Below are positions 39,260-47,485 of a DNA stretch of 64,000 bases, in pieces. Positions within the stretch are counted from its first letter, which is position 1. Each line of letters opens with the position of its first letter. The notes under the pieces are model-generated. The model saw only the letters and a program-made list of their open reading frames with translations. It was not told the DNA's origin and ran no database searches. Source of the stretch: Thermoplasmatota archaeon (lineage in GTDB: Archaea; Thermoplasmatota; Penumbrarchaeia; Penumbrarchaeales; Penumbrarchaeaceae); contig JBLIRK010000004.1 in the NCBI GenBank assembly GCA_048569615.1, forward strand, positions 4,159-68,158, written 5' to 3'. A program made the position numbers and the translations under genes.

Positions 39260-40272
39260 CCTACTTTGTAGTATCTGTTCTGACCAAGCTCGAGGTCCTT
39301 GCCGCCTGTATCCTTCTTCCTTCCTGCAAGGTAGAACGCGGATACCGCAATCGTGATGGCGAACAGAGCAGCTCCCGCGGTGAAGGAATATATGTGATCG
39401 AGCAGGTAGTCCACCGCTTCGTCGGCGCTGTCGGAGACGAAGGACCCGAAACCCTCAAGGAGATCCAGGATCCCTGTGAACGAGACTGAATCGGAACGGG
39501 CTTCCAGCTGGGTTCCGACTACAATTACAGCCGTCTCATTCAACAGCTCTCCGTCAACGGAAGTGTCCGAGGAGGTTGCGGAGCCGCCATACTCGACCGT
39601 GGCGTTGTTCGAGATCGTAAGCGAGGAGATCTCCCCGCCGTCAAAGTCACTCAGCTTGTACTTCTCCCCGCTCTGATGGGAGGTATCCTTCTTCCAGCAG
39701 CAAACCCCATTTTCGGTTCCTTCGCTGCCTGTCCTGATCTCCGCCTCGATGGTTCCTTCTGCGGGGGGATCTTGGATCCGTATGTTGAATTCCATCCTTT
39801 CATTCTCCCCGCTGCCGGAGTAGGTGTAGTTGATCCTGATCTTGCTCATCATGGAAGTGCTTGATCCCCCCGATCTCCAGGTTCCGTCACATGCATATGA
39901 CACCCTGAGGCCGTTTTCGATCTTCTCATCGGCTACGGTCCATTCCTCCCCGCTCAATTCCATCGTTAGGTCATGTGTGCCGTTATGGAATCTTATCCTT
40001 GCCACCTGGAAATTGATCCCTTTTCCGGTATCTGCGCCCTCGACTGAGGTCATGGGTGATTCCAATCCGTATCTGAACTTGTATCCCTTCTCGGGACCGA
40101 TGATATTGTCCCTGCTGCTCTGGTTCCATACAGGCCCGGGTCCCACGGGCTCGTTGCCGTTTCCGGGACCCTGCATTTCTTCCGAGGGCCCCTCTCTTGC
40201 ATCTGCGGGGAGCATCAGGATGGAGAGCAGCGCCATCGAGACTGCAAGGAGGGCAAGCATCTTCGCCTTCAT
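39253..40272 (-). CDS. Secreted, C-terminally anchored beta-rich hypothetical protein
   Basis: Signal peptide ending in ADA, beta-strand-rich core, C-terminal TM and a short tail. Confidence 0.78.
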   Translation of the reverse strand: MKAKMLALLAVSMALLSILMLPADAREGPSEEMQGPGNGNEPVGPGPVWNQSSRDNIIGPEKGYKFRYGLESPMTSVEGADTGKGINFQVARIRFHNGTHDLTMELSGEEWTVADEKIENGLRVSYACDGTWRSGGSSTSMMSKIRINYTYSGSGENERMEFNIRIQDPPAEGTIEAEIRTGSEGTENGVCCWKKDTSHQSGEKYKLSDFDGGEISSLTISNNATVEYGGSATSSDTSVDGELLNETAVIVVGTQLEARSDSVSFTGILDLLEGFGSFVSDSADEAVDYLLDHIYSFTAGAALFAITIAVSAFYLAGRKKDTGGKDLELGQNRYYKVGQ

Positions 40273-40306
40273 GACCGATACATCATCATCCTCTATATAA
40301 TTTGAA

Positions 40307-40400
40307 TATGGAACATGTCTCTAGTTTTCCATCTTGGCATATTTTACGATATTTCGGGTTTATCTAGAGGATCGTACCACATCTAGAAAACTGTTCCAGA
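40307..40400. promoter_or_regulatory. Candidate operator pair in divergent promoter
   Basis: TCTAGAA-aactg-TTCCAGA at 40382-40400 and a related copy tatGGAACAtgtcTCTAGt at 40307-40325, each beside a TATA-like element. Confidence 0.45.
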
Positions 40401-40465
40401 AGGGGATTAAATAACCCCATCCATCGAAAGAATGTGGCGGAGAAACACCACAGGAGCGAAGAACA

Positions 40466-40996
40466 ATGAAAACGAAAGTAATGGCTATCGGAGGTCTCGC
40501 AGCACTGGTCCTTCTGGTCAGTGTGGCGCTTTTTGCGGCCGCAGGAGGTGCCGGTGAGGATGGCCCGATAGGAGAGGGACTTTTCGGAGAGAAGAACGAG
40601 AACGGATCGGAAGGCGGAAACGGGGAAATGGAAAGGGCGATGGATGGTTCCTGCGAAGGTGAGCCCCAGGGCGAGCCCATGAAGGAGCAGACCCAGGAGC
40701 AGACCAAGAGCGAGGGAGCCAATGCCCCCGAGGAAGCCGATCAGACCCGCGAGAGGGAGCAGCTTCAGGAGGGTTCCTGCGAAGGTGAGCCCCAGGGCGA
40801 GCCCGTGAAGGAGCAGACCCAGGAGCAGTCGATGAACGGCTCCTGCTCCTCAGAGGAACAGCAGGATGATGTGATGCTTTCAACCGACAGCGGTTCCGAC
40901 GTCAATCCCCAAGGCATTCAGCAGCAGGACCGCGACAGGGACCAAGTGAATGGTGGTACAGGGCCCCAGTACCACGGGGATAACTCCCAGAATTGA
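40466..40996 (+). CDS. Secreted low-complexity E/Q/G-rich protein with GSC repeats
   Basis: AGGAG RBS, signal peptide, three GSC motifs, QTQEQ/QDRDRDQ tracts. Confidence 0.75.
   Translation: MKTKVMAIGGLAALVLLVSVALFAAAGGAGEDGPIGEGLFGEKNENGSEGGNGEMERAMDGSCEGEPQGEPMKEQTQEQTKSEGANAPEEADQTREREQLQEGSCEGEPQGEPVKEQTQEQSMNGSCSSEEQQDDVMLSTDSGSDVNPQGIQQQDRDRDQVNGGTGPQYHGDNSQN
40646..40828 (+). repeat. 57-bp intragenic direct repeat (1 mismatch)
   Basis: 40646-40702 and 40772-40828 encode GSCEGEPQGEP(M/V)KEQTQEQ. Confidence 0.92.
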
Positions 40997-41018
40997 TGCA
41001 GCCTGTTTCAGGATTTCG

Positions 41019-41052
41019 GGAAGGGCCCATTCAGGCCCTTCCATTTTTTTTC
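41019..41052 (+). terminator. Hairpin + T-tract terminator
   Basis: ggaagggcc-cattca-ggcccttcc followed by a and a T run, between convergent genes. Confidence 0.75.
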
Positions 41053-42342
41053 TCAAATGAATTTTATTCCCTGCTTCTTCAATTTCTTGAGCGCTGATTT
41101 GTAGATCCCGGGAAGTGTGGGTATGACCACTCCCGAGAGCTTTTTAAGTTCACCCTTGAGTATCATCTCAGCTCCTATCGCAGCGGGAAGTCCAACGGTC
41201 CTGGACATGGCTGAATCCCCGTTGGGGATGCCGTAATCTATCATTGTGGAATAGAGAGTTGTCCTTCCTTCGGGCATGCTTACGTTGAAGGTATGTTTCA
41301 ATATGATCATGTCCCGCTCTCCGGGCTCGTAGGTCAGCTTGATCTGGAGAAGCGCACTCAGGGCGTCCATGGTGCTGGATATCTCCAGCAGCTCCTTGTC
41401 GCTCAGGAGCCCGAGCCATTCGAAGTTCCTGATCACAAGGTCGTTGTCCCTTGTATCAATTCTTTCCCTCAGCCTCTCCTTGAGCTGCCCCTTTCCGGAG
41501 ACAAGCTGGTCCATCATCGTGTAGTAATCCTCAGATTGAGGGGCCTTTTCCTCGAGGATCCCTATATCATGGAGCCCTTTCCAGGTGTCGCACCACCCCC
41601 TGTTCCTTAGTGTCCCTCTCAGAACGGTTTTTGCATCCGGAATCCCGTATATGTCGCCGTAGGGGACGGAATCCCTGTTTGGATATCCCTCGAAGGTGCC
41701 GAGCCCCTCCACATCGATCAGTTCGTAATCGGCGAAAAGCTTCCGGCCGGGAACCTCGACGATCTCCCCGTTCCTCTTGAAGCGCGCGGCATTCCTGCTC
41801 GCCAGCACGACCCCCCTTGGACTCCAGGAGAATTTGTAGCCCCATGGATTCGTATTTGCCTCCGGGGCCGGCAGTCCGCCGCAGTAGGAAATGAACTCCT
41901 CAACCTTCCCGCCTTTGCCATGGACATCATCTATTACCCTCTGGGCCTCCATGTGGTCTATTCCGGGATCAAGACCTATCTCGTTCAACAGTATCACACC
42001 TGCGTCCTTGGCCGGGACATCAAGCATTTTCATGTCATCGCTGACGTAGGAGGTTGTCACCATCGGTTTCCCGTTCTCTATGGCAGAGACGGCCACCTTT
42101 GTATGGTGTGTGTAGGGGAGAAGGGATATCACAAGGTCGTGCTCCTTTACCAGGCTGTTCAGCCCCTCATCCTTCGTTATATCGAACGATACCGACCTAC
42201 CGTTCCTGTGGCTCCCGATGATGCTTCTTGCCTTGTCCACACTACGGCTGGCAACGGTAACTGCAAAACCAGCCTCAATGAGAAGATATCTAACAAGGGG
42301 CCTGGATACCAGACCTGCCCCAAGGACCAGTACTTCCTTCAT
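41053..42342 (-). CDS. Saccharopine dehydrogenase (glutamate-forming; Lys9/AASS SDH-like)
   Basis: LGAGLVSRP, ISLLPY, VTTSYVS, NEIGLDPGIDH, SYCGGLPAPE, YKFSWSPRG, YPNRDS, RGTLR, AMSRTVGLP. Confidence 0.93.
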   Translation of the reverse strand: MKEVLVLGAGLVSRPLVRYLLIEAGFAVTVASRSVDKARSIIGSHRNGRSVSFDITKDEGLNSLVKEHDLVISLLPYTHHTKVAVSAIENGKPMVTTSYVSDDMKMLDVPAKDAGVILLNEIGLDPGIDHMEAQRVIDDVHGKGGKVEEFISYCGGLPAPEANTNPWGYKFSWSPRGVVLASRNAARFKRNGEIVEVPGRKLFADYELIDVEGLGTFEGYPNRDSVPYGDIYGIPDAKTVLRGTLRNRGWCDTWKGLHDIGILEEKAPQSEDYYTMMDQLVSGKGQLKERLRERIDTRDNDLVIRNFEWLGLLSDKELLEISSTMDALSALLQIKLTYEPGERDMIILKHTFNVSMPEGRTTLYSTMIDYGIPNGDSAMSRTVGLPAAIGAEMILKGELKKLSGVVIPTLPGIYKSALKKLKKQGIKFI

Positions 42343-43661
42343 TTGGTTATTCCCTCCATTATTTTTTCGAGATACGAATACTGCTTTGTGAGTTTTCCCT
42401 TGTGGAGAATGAGCGAATTCATCAGAGGCTTGGGCAGCTTGAGATCATCGGTTTCGACATCAAGGTCGGCTGCTGCGATGGCAGGTATGAACTCCTTCAG
42501 GCGCTCTCCGAAATACTCGGAGGATTCCAGAGGGATCTCGCATGGAAGATTGTCAACTGCGAGTAGAACAGGGCCCGTTCCTTTCCAGCCGGGAACAGGT
42601 CTGTCATCCCAGGGATCGTAAACATAGAGCGGATCTTCGGGTGTTGTTGCCTTCACCGTTGCTTCGACCGCACCTTCGACGTCGCAGCTGATGTCCCCTA
42701 TCATCCGGAGTTTGGGCGAGCGGTGGTCGGAGTACAGCTCCTTCACCTGTTCCTTCGTTATCAGCCTGGGATATTTCTCGGTCCAGTATATGCAGTTCAT
42801 CAGGACGGTCAGGTATGGAACGTAGCTGAAGAAACGGCCCGAATATTTCTCAGGATGGTCGTAGTAGTCCTGAAGATCGAACTTCTGGTCCGGTTCCTTC
42901 GGTTCGACGATGTCCCATTCGTTGAATATGACCTTGTAGATGTTGGTACCGGAATCCTTCCTCTTCTTGAGGTCCTTGAGCTCCTGGGGGCTCACCTCTT
43001 TTACCGGCAGGAGGTCAAGTATCTCCTGGACACCCTTGGAGACGTTTCCGGCCCCGGCAATACCGATGACGAAGGGCCTGAGGGAATAGGGGATTCCATA
43101 GGTGGCGATCAATCTGCCTATCGAGGATATGTGCTCCCTGATCTGGGGAAGGTCCCCGTATTCATGGGCTTTCATTACCGAGGAGAACGGATTCCTCAGG
43201 CCTTCCCATTCCAGTCTCCTTCCCAGGGCCCACAGCGTATCCACCATCCCCGCCACCCCCGCATGCCACCCGAAGAATATCAGCCTCCTGTTCTTCTCAT
43301 CAACGATCCTCTCGTAGTCGAACAGGGTGCATCTCAGTTCCATCATCTTCCTGAGCATCGGCATGTTGTGGGGCTGGCCCTTGATGGTATGGGAGAAGAA
43401 CATGTAGGTCCTTCCCGGTTCCAGTTCGTGGATGGGAACTTCCTTGATTCCAAGGACGATGTCCTTTTCCTTGAACTCCTCGCATGTCAGGGCTCCCGCC
43501 TGTTCATATTTTTCATTGGAGAAGATCCTAAGCTCTGACGGTTGGACGGTGAAATCGATACCGTAGTCGTTCACGAGCCTCAGGACATGCTCGGGGGTCA
43601 GGGGAGACCTCCTTTCCCAGCGGTTCTTGCTTTCCCTTCTTATCCCTATCCCGTTACCCAT
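42339..43661 (-). CDS. Lysine-ketoglutarate reductase (AASS LKR-like domain)
   Basis: IRRESKNRWERRSPLTP, FFSHTIKGQ, DYERIVD, GAGNVSKG, NCIYW, DISCD, VDNLPCEIP. Confidence 0.9.
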   Translation of the reverse strand: MGNGIGIRRESKNRWERRSPLTPEHVLRLVNDYGIDFTVQPSELRIFSNEKYEQAGALTCEEFKEKDIVLGIKEVPIHELEPGRTYMFFSHTIKGQPHNMPMLRKMMELRCTLFDYERIVDEKNRRLIFFGWHAGVAGMVDTLWALGRRLEWEGLRNPFSSVMKAHEYGDLPQIREHISSIGRLIATYGIPYSLRPFVIGIAGAGNVSKGVQEILDLLPVKEVSPQELKDLKKRKDSGTNIYKVIFNEWDIVEPKEPDQKFDLQDYYDHPEKYSGRFFSYVPYLTVLMNCIYWTEKYPRLITKEQVKELYSDHRSPKLRMIGDISCDVEGAVEATVKATTPEDPLYVYDPWDDRPVPGWKGTGPVLLAVDNLPCEIPLESSEYFGERLKEFIPAIAAADLDVETDDLKLPKPLMNSLILHKGKLTKQYSYLEKIMEGITK

Positions 43662-43726
43662 CGTATCTTCTCCTGAATCCAGTGTATCCCTTAAAATGCT
43701 TGTTCAATGAATAGAACCCGTTCCGG

Positions 43727-44029
43727 CTAATCCAGGGATTTGTTGTATATTGGGGATTTTCCATATCTTTTCTGGAAACTCTTGAGCTGGGATTCCCATG
43801 CCTCGTAGGCTTCCTCTCCGGTATCGAAATACTCCACGGAGAAGTACACTGCGTCCTCAGCTGGAGCATTCCCGCCGGGGAGGTGCTTGGGAAGGTGTTT
43901 CTGGACGTTGCCCCTTCCGATGAAAACCACCTTCTTCAAATTGTCTGCAAGCTTGTAAACGCCCCATCTCTTCTCGACCTTGCTTACATACTTCTCCTCA
44001 AAGGGGTAGAAGGTGAACTCCATTATCAT
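43727..44029 (-). CDS. Small GIY-YIG-like protein
   Basis: WGVYKLAD...VVFIGRG...HL...E motif order; stand-alone, about 100 aa. Confidence 0.6.
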   Translation of the reverse strand: MIMEFTFYPFEEKYVSKVEKRWGVYKLADNLKKVVFIGRGNVQKHLPKHLPGGNAPAEDAVYFSVEYFDTGEEAYEAWESQLKSFQKRYGKSPIYNKSLD

Positions 44030-44103
44030 GCTCTCTCACCACATACCGAATGGTGGTGTATATAATAAAATGATTCGCTGTTTATCTGTACAAATAACCG
44101 GTT

Positions 44104-45141
44104 TCAGTGTCTTCTCAATCGCCCTATGGTTTCGATATGCCCCACAACGGCCTTTGACCTTGTCCTGACCGGCGATAGTCGAAATTCCTCCGCTTTCCCT
44201 TCGGTTCCACCTTCCAAACCAAGTTCTTTCAGGATATGATAGGTCAGTGGAGGTATCGGAGCATATGCCCCGTCCTCCAACTTGAGGCTGACGCCCACCC
44301 ATCGATCCTCGAGCTTCACCGCGATGGTCTGAAGTCCCACCGCTCCGGCCTTCGAAATGACCCTTCCTTTGAGATCTTCCATCAGGACCGTATCGAACCT
44401 GTTCCTGCCGGCGACCATGTTCGGGTAAGCGGCCATCGAATTACCAATCCTGAGCAGGTGTTCCGCGAGGGGGTGCTCTCCCGGGTCGGCCAAGAGAGCG
44501 AACATCCGGGCCATCCTGTCGATGGGCATGGCATGGTTCGGGATGTCGCATCCGTCCTTTCCGATATGTATGCCGCTCCTTTTCAGTCCAGTTAGAGAAC
44601 CGATAGCCTCGATTATGGCTCCCTGTAGCGGATGGCCCGGGGAAAGGTAGCTGTCTAGGTCCCATCCCTTGTATTTGGAGAGGAGCAGGGCTCCTGCATG
44701 CTTCCCCGAGCAGTTATCATGGAGGTTGGTGAAATCCTTCCCGATCCTTGCAGCCTCTTCCTTGTCGAAGGGTTCATGCCCTCCGCATTTGAGCAGGCTG
44801 CTGTCAATGTCCCCTTTTTCAAGGATGGAGCGGAGGACCTCCAGATGCTTTGGCTCTCCGGAATGGGACCCGCTGACGAGGGCGATCTCCTCGTCGGTCA
44901 ATCCATAATGACGGACAGCGCCGCTGGCAAGTATCGGAAGTGCCTGTATTGGTTTGATGCAGGACCTGGTGTATGTAACATGGTGCGGATCGCCGCTTGA
45001 GAACAGAATACGGCCGTCAGGTGCAACAACTGCTATGTGAGCGTTATGGACGGCTTCCACCATACCATCCCGATGCTCTATCACCCGATGGGAACCTGGC
45101 TCCGTTTCAGTGAAGTGTTTCCTGAACTCCTCGAGCTTCAT
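44104..45141 (-). CDS. L-asparaginase II (Rhizobium-type, class 3)
   Basis: RSCIKPIQA, SHSGE, NCSGKH, DGC, SKAGA. Confidence 0.9.
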   Translation of the reverse strand: MKLEEFRKHFTETEPGSHRVIEHRDGMVEAVHNAHIAVVAPDGRILFSSGDPHHVTYTRSCIKPIQALPILASGAVRHYGLTDEEIALVSGSHSGEPKHLEVLRSILEKGDIDSSLLKCGGHEPFDKEEAARIGKDFTNLHDNCSGKHAGALLLSKYKGWDLDSYLSPGHPLQGAIIEAIGSLTGLKRSGIHIGKDGCDIPNHAMPIDRMARMFALLADPGEHPLAEHLLRIGNSMAAYPNMVAGRNRFDTVLMEDLKGRVISKAGAVGLQTIAVKLEDRWVGVSLKLEDGAYAPIPPLTYHILKELGLEGGTEGKAEEFRLSPVRTRSKAVVGHIETIGRLRRH

Positions 45142-45238
45142 GGAGGTTCATGGTCGATCCTGATTATTATCTATCCCCTGTCTTGTAGGAAGAGTTTATA
45201 ATAAGAAGAGGGAATTTCACCCGCCCCGAAGAGTGATT

Positions 45239-45320
45239 GCGAGGGTAGTCAAGCGGCCAACGACGACAGACTCAAAATCTGTTCCTTAGTGGTTCGTCGG
45301 TTCAAATCCGGCCCCTCGCA
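45239..45320 (+). tRNA. tRNA-Leu (CAA), CCA not encoded
   Basis: GCGAGGG acceptor stem, anticodon arm ACAGA-CTCAAAA-TCTGT, long variable arm, GTTCAAATC; TTTATAA box at about 45195. Confidence 0.94.
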
Positions 45321-45492
45321 TCCTGTCCTATTGACTCTGATCATTTGTATTTGGAAATTGGACAACGAGGGGTTCAAGGATTTGAACTTGTTCTTGGAAA
45401 TTCCGTGCATCCGTGTCGCGGAATTTGCAAGCTAGCATAACTCCGAAGGAGTTGATGCGCAGCAAATCCGGCCCCTCGCATCCTGTCCTATT
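45303..45492 (+). repeat. 30-bp perfect direct repeat of the tRNA-Leu 3' end plus flank, enclosing a palindromic element
   Basis: caaatccggcccctcgcatcctgtcctatt at 45303-45332 and 45463-45492; a degenerate inverted copy at 45366-45387. Confidence 0.9.
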
Positions 45493-46009
45493 TCTTCGGT
45501 TCGATATTGAATATCTCCTTCTGGGCAAAGGGTTTGAATTTCTCATATATGTCCTTGTTCTGTGAAATTATCTCCCATCCATTCCTGAACGCAGGTGTGT
45601 TGTAGGTACCTATCATTCCCTCCAGCCAGTCCTCCCAGACTTCCTCATCTATTAGCTTCTTCCTGTGCAGGAGGTACTCCTCTGCACACAGGTCGAAATA
45701 TACTCTCATCCACTTCAGCACCTTCTCCTTCTCCTCCTTGTCGAGCTTGTCGATATCGAAGTCCTTATCGGTGATCGATAACGGCAGGTTCAACAGGATC
45801 TGCTGGTATCTGCTCGTGTAATCCGAGAAGTTCTGCAGCATCATCTGCTTCTTGAGCTGCCTCTGCTCCGAGATGAATATAAGAACCACCAAGATCAAAG
45901 ATGCAATTGCAATAAGGTTGGGCATATCGATATTCCACTCGACCGCCATGTATGTGAATGACCCATCAGGGATACAAATCATTCCATTCAGAGCCTTGAA
46001 GTACTTCAT
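45488..46009 (-). CDS. Hypothetical protein with N-terminal TM and helical domain (DUF4760-like)
   Basis: TM, then QNFSDYTSRYQ...YFDLCAEEYLLH...IDEEVW. Start is uncertain. Confidence 0.65.
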   Translation of the reverse strand: MKYFKALNGMICIPDGSFTYMAVEWNIDMPNLIAIASLILVVLIFISEQRQLKKQMMLQNFSDYTSRYQQILLNLPLSITDKDFDIDKLDKEEKEKVLKWMRVYFDLCAEEYLLHRKKLIDEEVWEDWLEGMIGTYNTPAFRNGWEIISQNKDIYEKFKPFAQKEIFNIEPKK

Positions 46010-46329
46010 TCGAGGTATTCGATATGGATATCCTGGGGCTCGAACACGGCCACAAGGGTTCTCATGGTCGCTATCGATTTGTGCTTCTCACCGGCCTTTA
46101 TTAGGATGGCGAAATCGGGGCCGACCTCCCTCTTCTCCCCCTCAACCTCGATGGAGAGGTGTCCTTCCAGGACCAGGAAAAGCTCATCCTTGTCGTGTCG
46201 ATGCAGCTTGTATTCACCTTCCATCCAAGCGAGGCCGAAGTACTGGCCGTTGAACAAAAAGATCGGTGTTTTCTTGAAATCCTGAGGGATCTTCAGTTTC
46301 TCTTCCATGGTATCAATTATTTCGGCCAT
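46006..46329 (-). CDS. Cupin-domain protein
   Basis: HRHDKDELFLVLEG...GEKH. Confidence 0.9.
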   Translation of the reverse strand: MAEIIDTMEEKLKIPQDFKKTPIFLFNGQYFGLAWMEGEYKLHRHDKDELFLVLEGHLSIEVEGEKREVGPDFAILIKAGEKHKSIATMRTLVAVFEPQDIHIEYLE

Positions 46330-46438
46330 GACCTAACCTCCGTTATATGATTGGATTGGGGAATATAAAATGATTTTTCGGAATGATACAAAGCAAGACC
46401 CACAATTTATAAAAAGGACCCCAGATTGATGAAGTGAC

Positions 46439-47116
46439 ATGAGAAGGTCCATCCTGCTCGGATTCTTGGGGATCCTTCTGGTCCCGCTCCTGTTATCCAT
46501 TCCATCGGAAGGAGTCAGGGAAAAGGGCTTCGAGGATGTCAATATCGAGAAATTCCTTGAGTTCGGGATAGACTTCACGGATGGCGAGAGACTGAAGCTG
46601 GAGATCGACCTTGAATCCGATCCCCATCCGGTTTCTGTTTTTCTGATAAAGGGTGAGTTCTCCCATCAGGAATGGATCGACAGCGAATTCATCGATATAA
46701 CTGCCATCAAGAACGGGACCGATGTCACGAACGTATCCATCTCATTCACCGTTGTCAAGGGCTTCTCCATCCAGAACACAACGAGCTATACCAATTCCAT
46801 CAGCATAGGAGACAAGGACACATATTACCTTATCATCGCCCTTCATAGGGATGCGGGTATGTCAACTGATGATGTTCTCACAAGGGCAACCGTTGTGAGC
46901 TATGACATTCGATGGACGATCGAGGAAAGGGAGTTCGACCTGAGCTTGTGCCTCGCCGCCGTTGCCATCTTTGTAATTGGCACGGTCTTGGTCGGTATCG
47001 CATTATACCTGGGTCGAAGGAACAAGCGTCACTCAGAAATGGAGGTTGACCAAAAGAGCCAGTTCAATGGACCGGAAACTATGAGGACCGGAAGGAAGGC
47101 ACCCCCCCTTGGGTAG
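46439..47116 (+). CDS. Secreted, C-terminally anchored hypothetical protein
   Basis: Signal peptide, beta-sandwich-like core (DTYYLII), C-terminal TM. Confidence 0.75.
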   Translation: MRRSILLGFLGILLVPLLLSIPSEGVREKGFEDVNIEKFLEFGIDFTDGERLKLEIDLESDPHPVSVFLIKGEFSHQEWIDSEFIDITAIKNGTDVTNVSISFTVVKGFSIQNTTSYTNSISIGDKDTYYLIIALHRDAGMSTDDVLTRATVVSYDIRWTIEEREFDLSLCLAAVAIFVIGTVLVGIALYLGRRNKRHSEMEVDQKSQFNGPETMRTGRKAPPLG

Positions 47117-47117
47117 G

Positions 47118-47465
47118 TCACTCCCTCTCTTCCTTGGATTTGTTCACGTAATTCAGGTGAAGGTCCATGAGCACCCTCTTCAATTCCTTCTCGTGTTTCT
47201 CCTCGATGTGTCCCGAAAGGATCCTGAGGTTCGCCTCGAACAGGTCTATGGCAAGCTTGGCCTGCTCCAGGTCCTTGTGCCCCGCCTCGGTCCCCGGCAT
47301 CGGGACAAGTCCGAGATGATGCCAGGCCTGGGAAGCCAGGATCGAGATATTGTAAAGCGTCATGTCCTTGACCGAGCTCAGCATCCTTGCCATCTCGTTC
47401 TGGACCTCCTCATTCGACATCCCGCCATCGGATCCATTTTCTTCTTCCAAGGTAGAACCTCCCAT
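47118..47465 (-). CDS. DUF1844-like protein
   Basis: LASQAWHHLGL.P...DLEQAKLAID...L..L.LNYV. Confidence 0.8.
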   Translation of the reverse strand: MGGSTLEEENGSDGGMSNEEVQNEMARMLSSVKDMTLYNISILASQAWHHLGLVPMPGTEAGHKDLEQAKLAIDLFEANLRILSGHIEEKHEKELKRVLMDLHLNYVNKSKEERE

Positions 47466-47485
47466 ACCAGGTATTGCAGGTCCGC

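Noticed and set aside
45328-45546. 72-aa minus-strand ORF and an intact integrated element at tRNA-Leu
   Set aside because: The ORF runs through the repeat and hairpins and borrows the duplicated stop codon. Only 130 bp lie between the repeats and no integrase is present.
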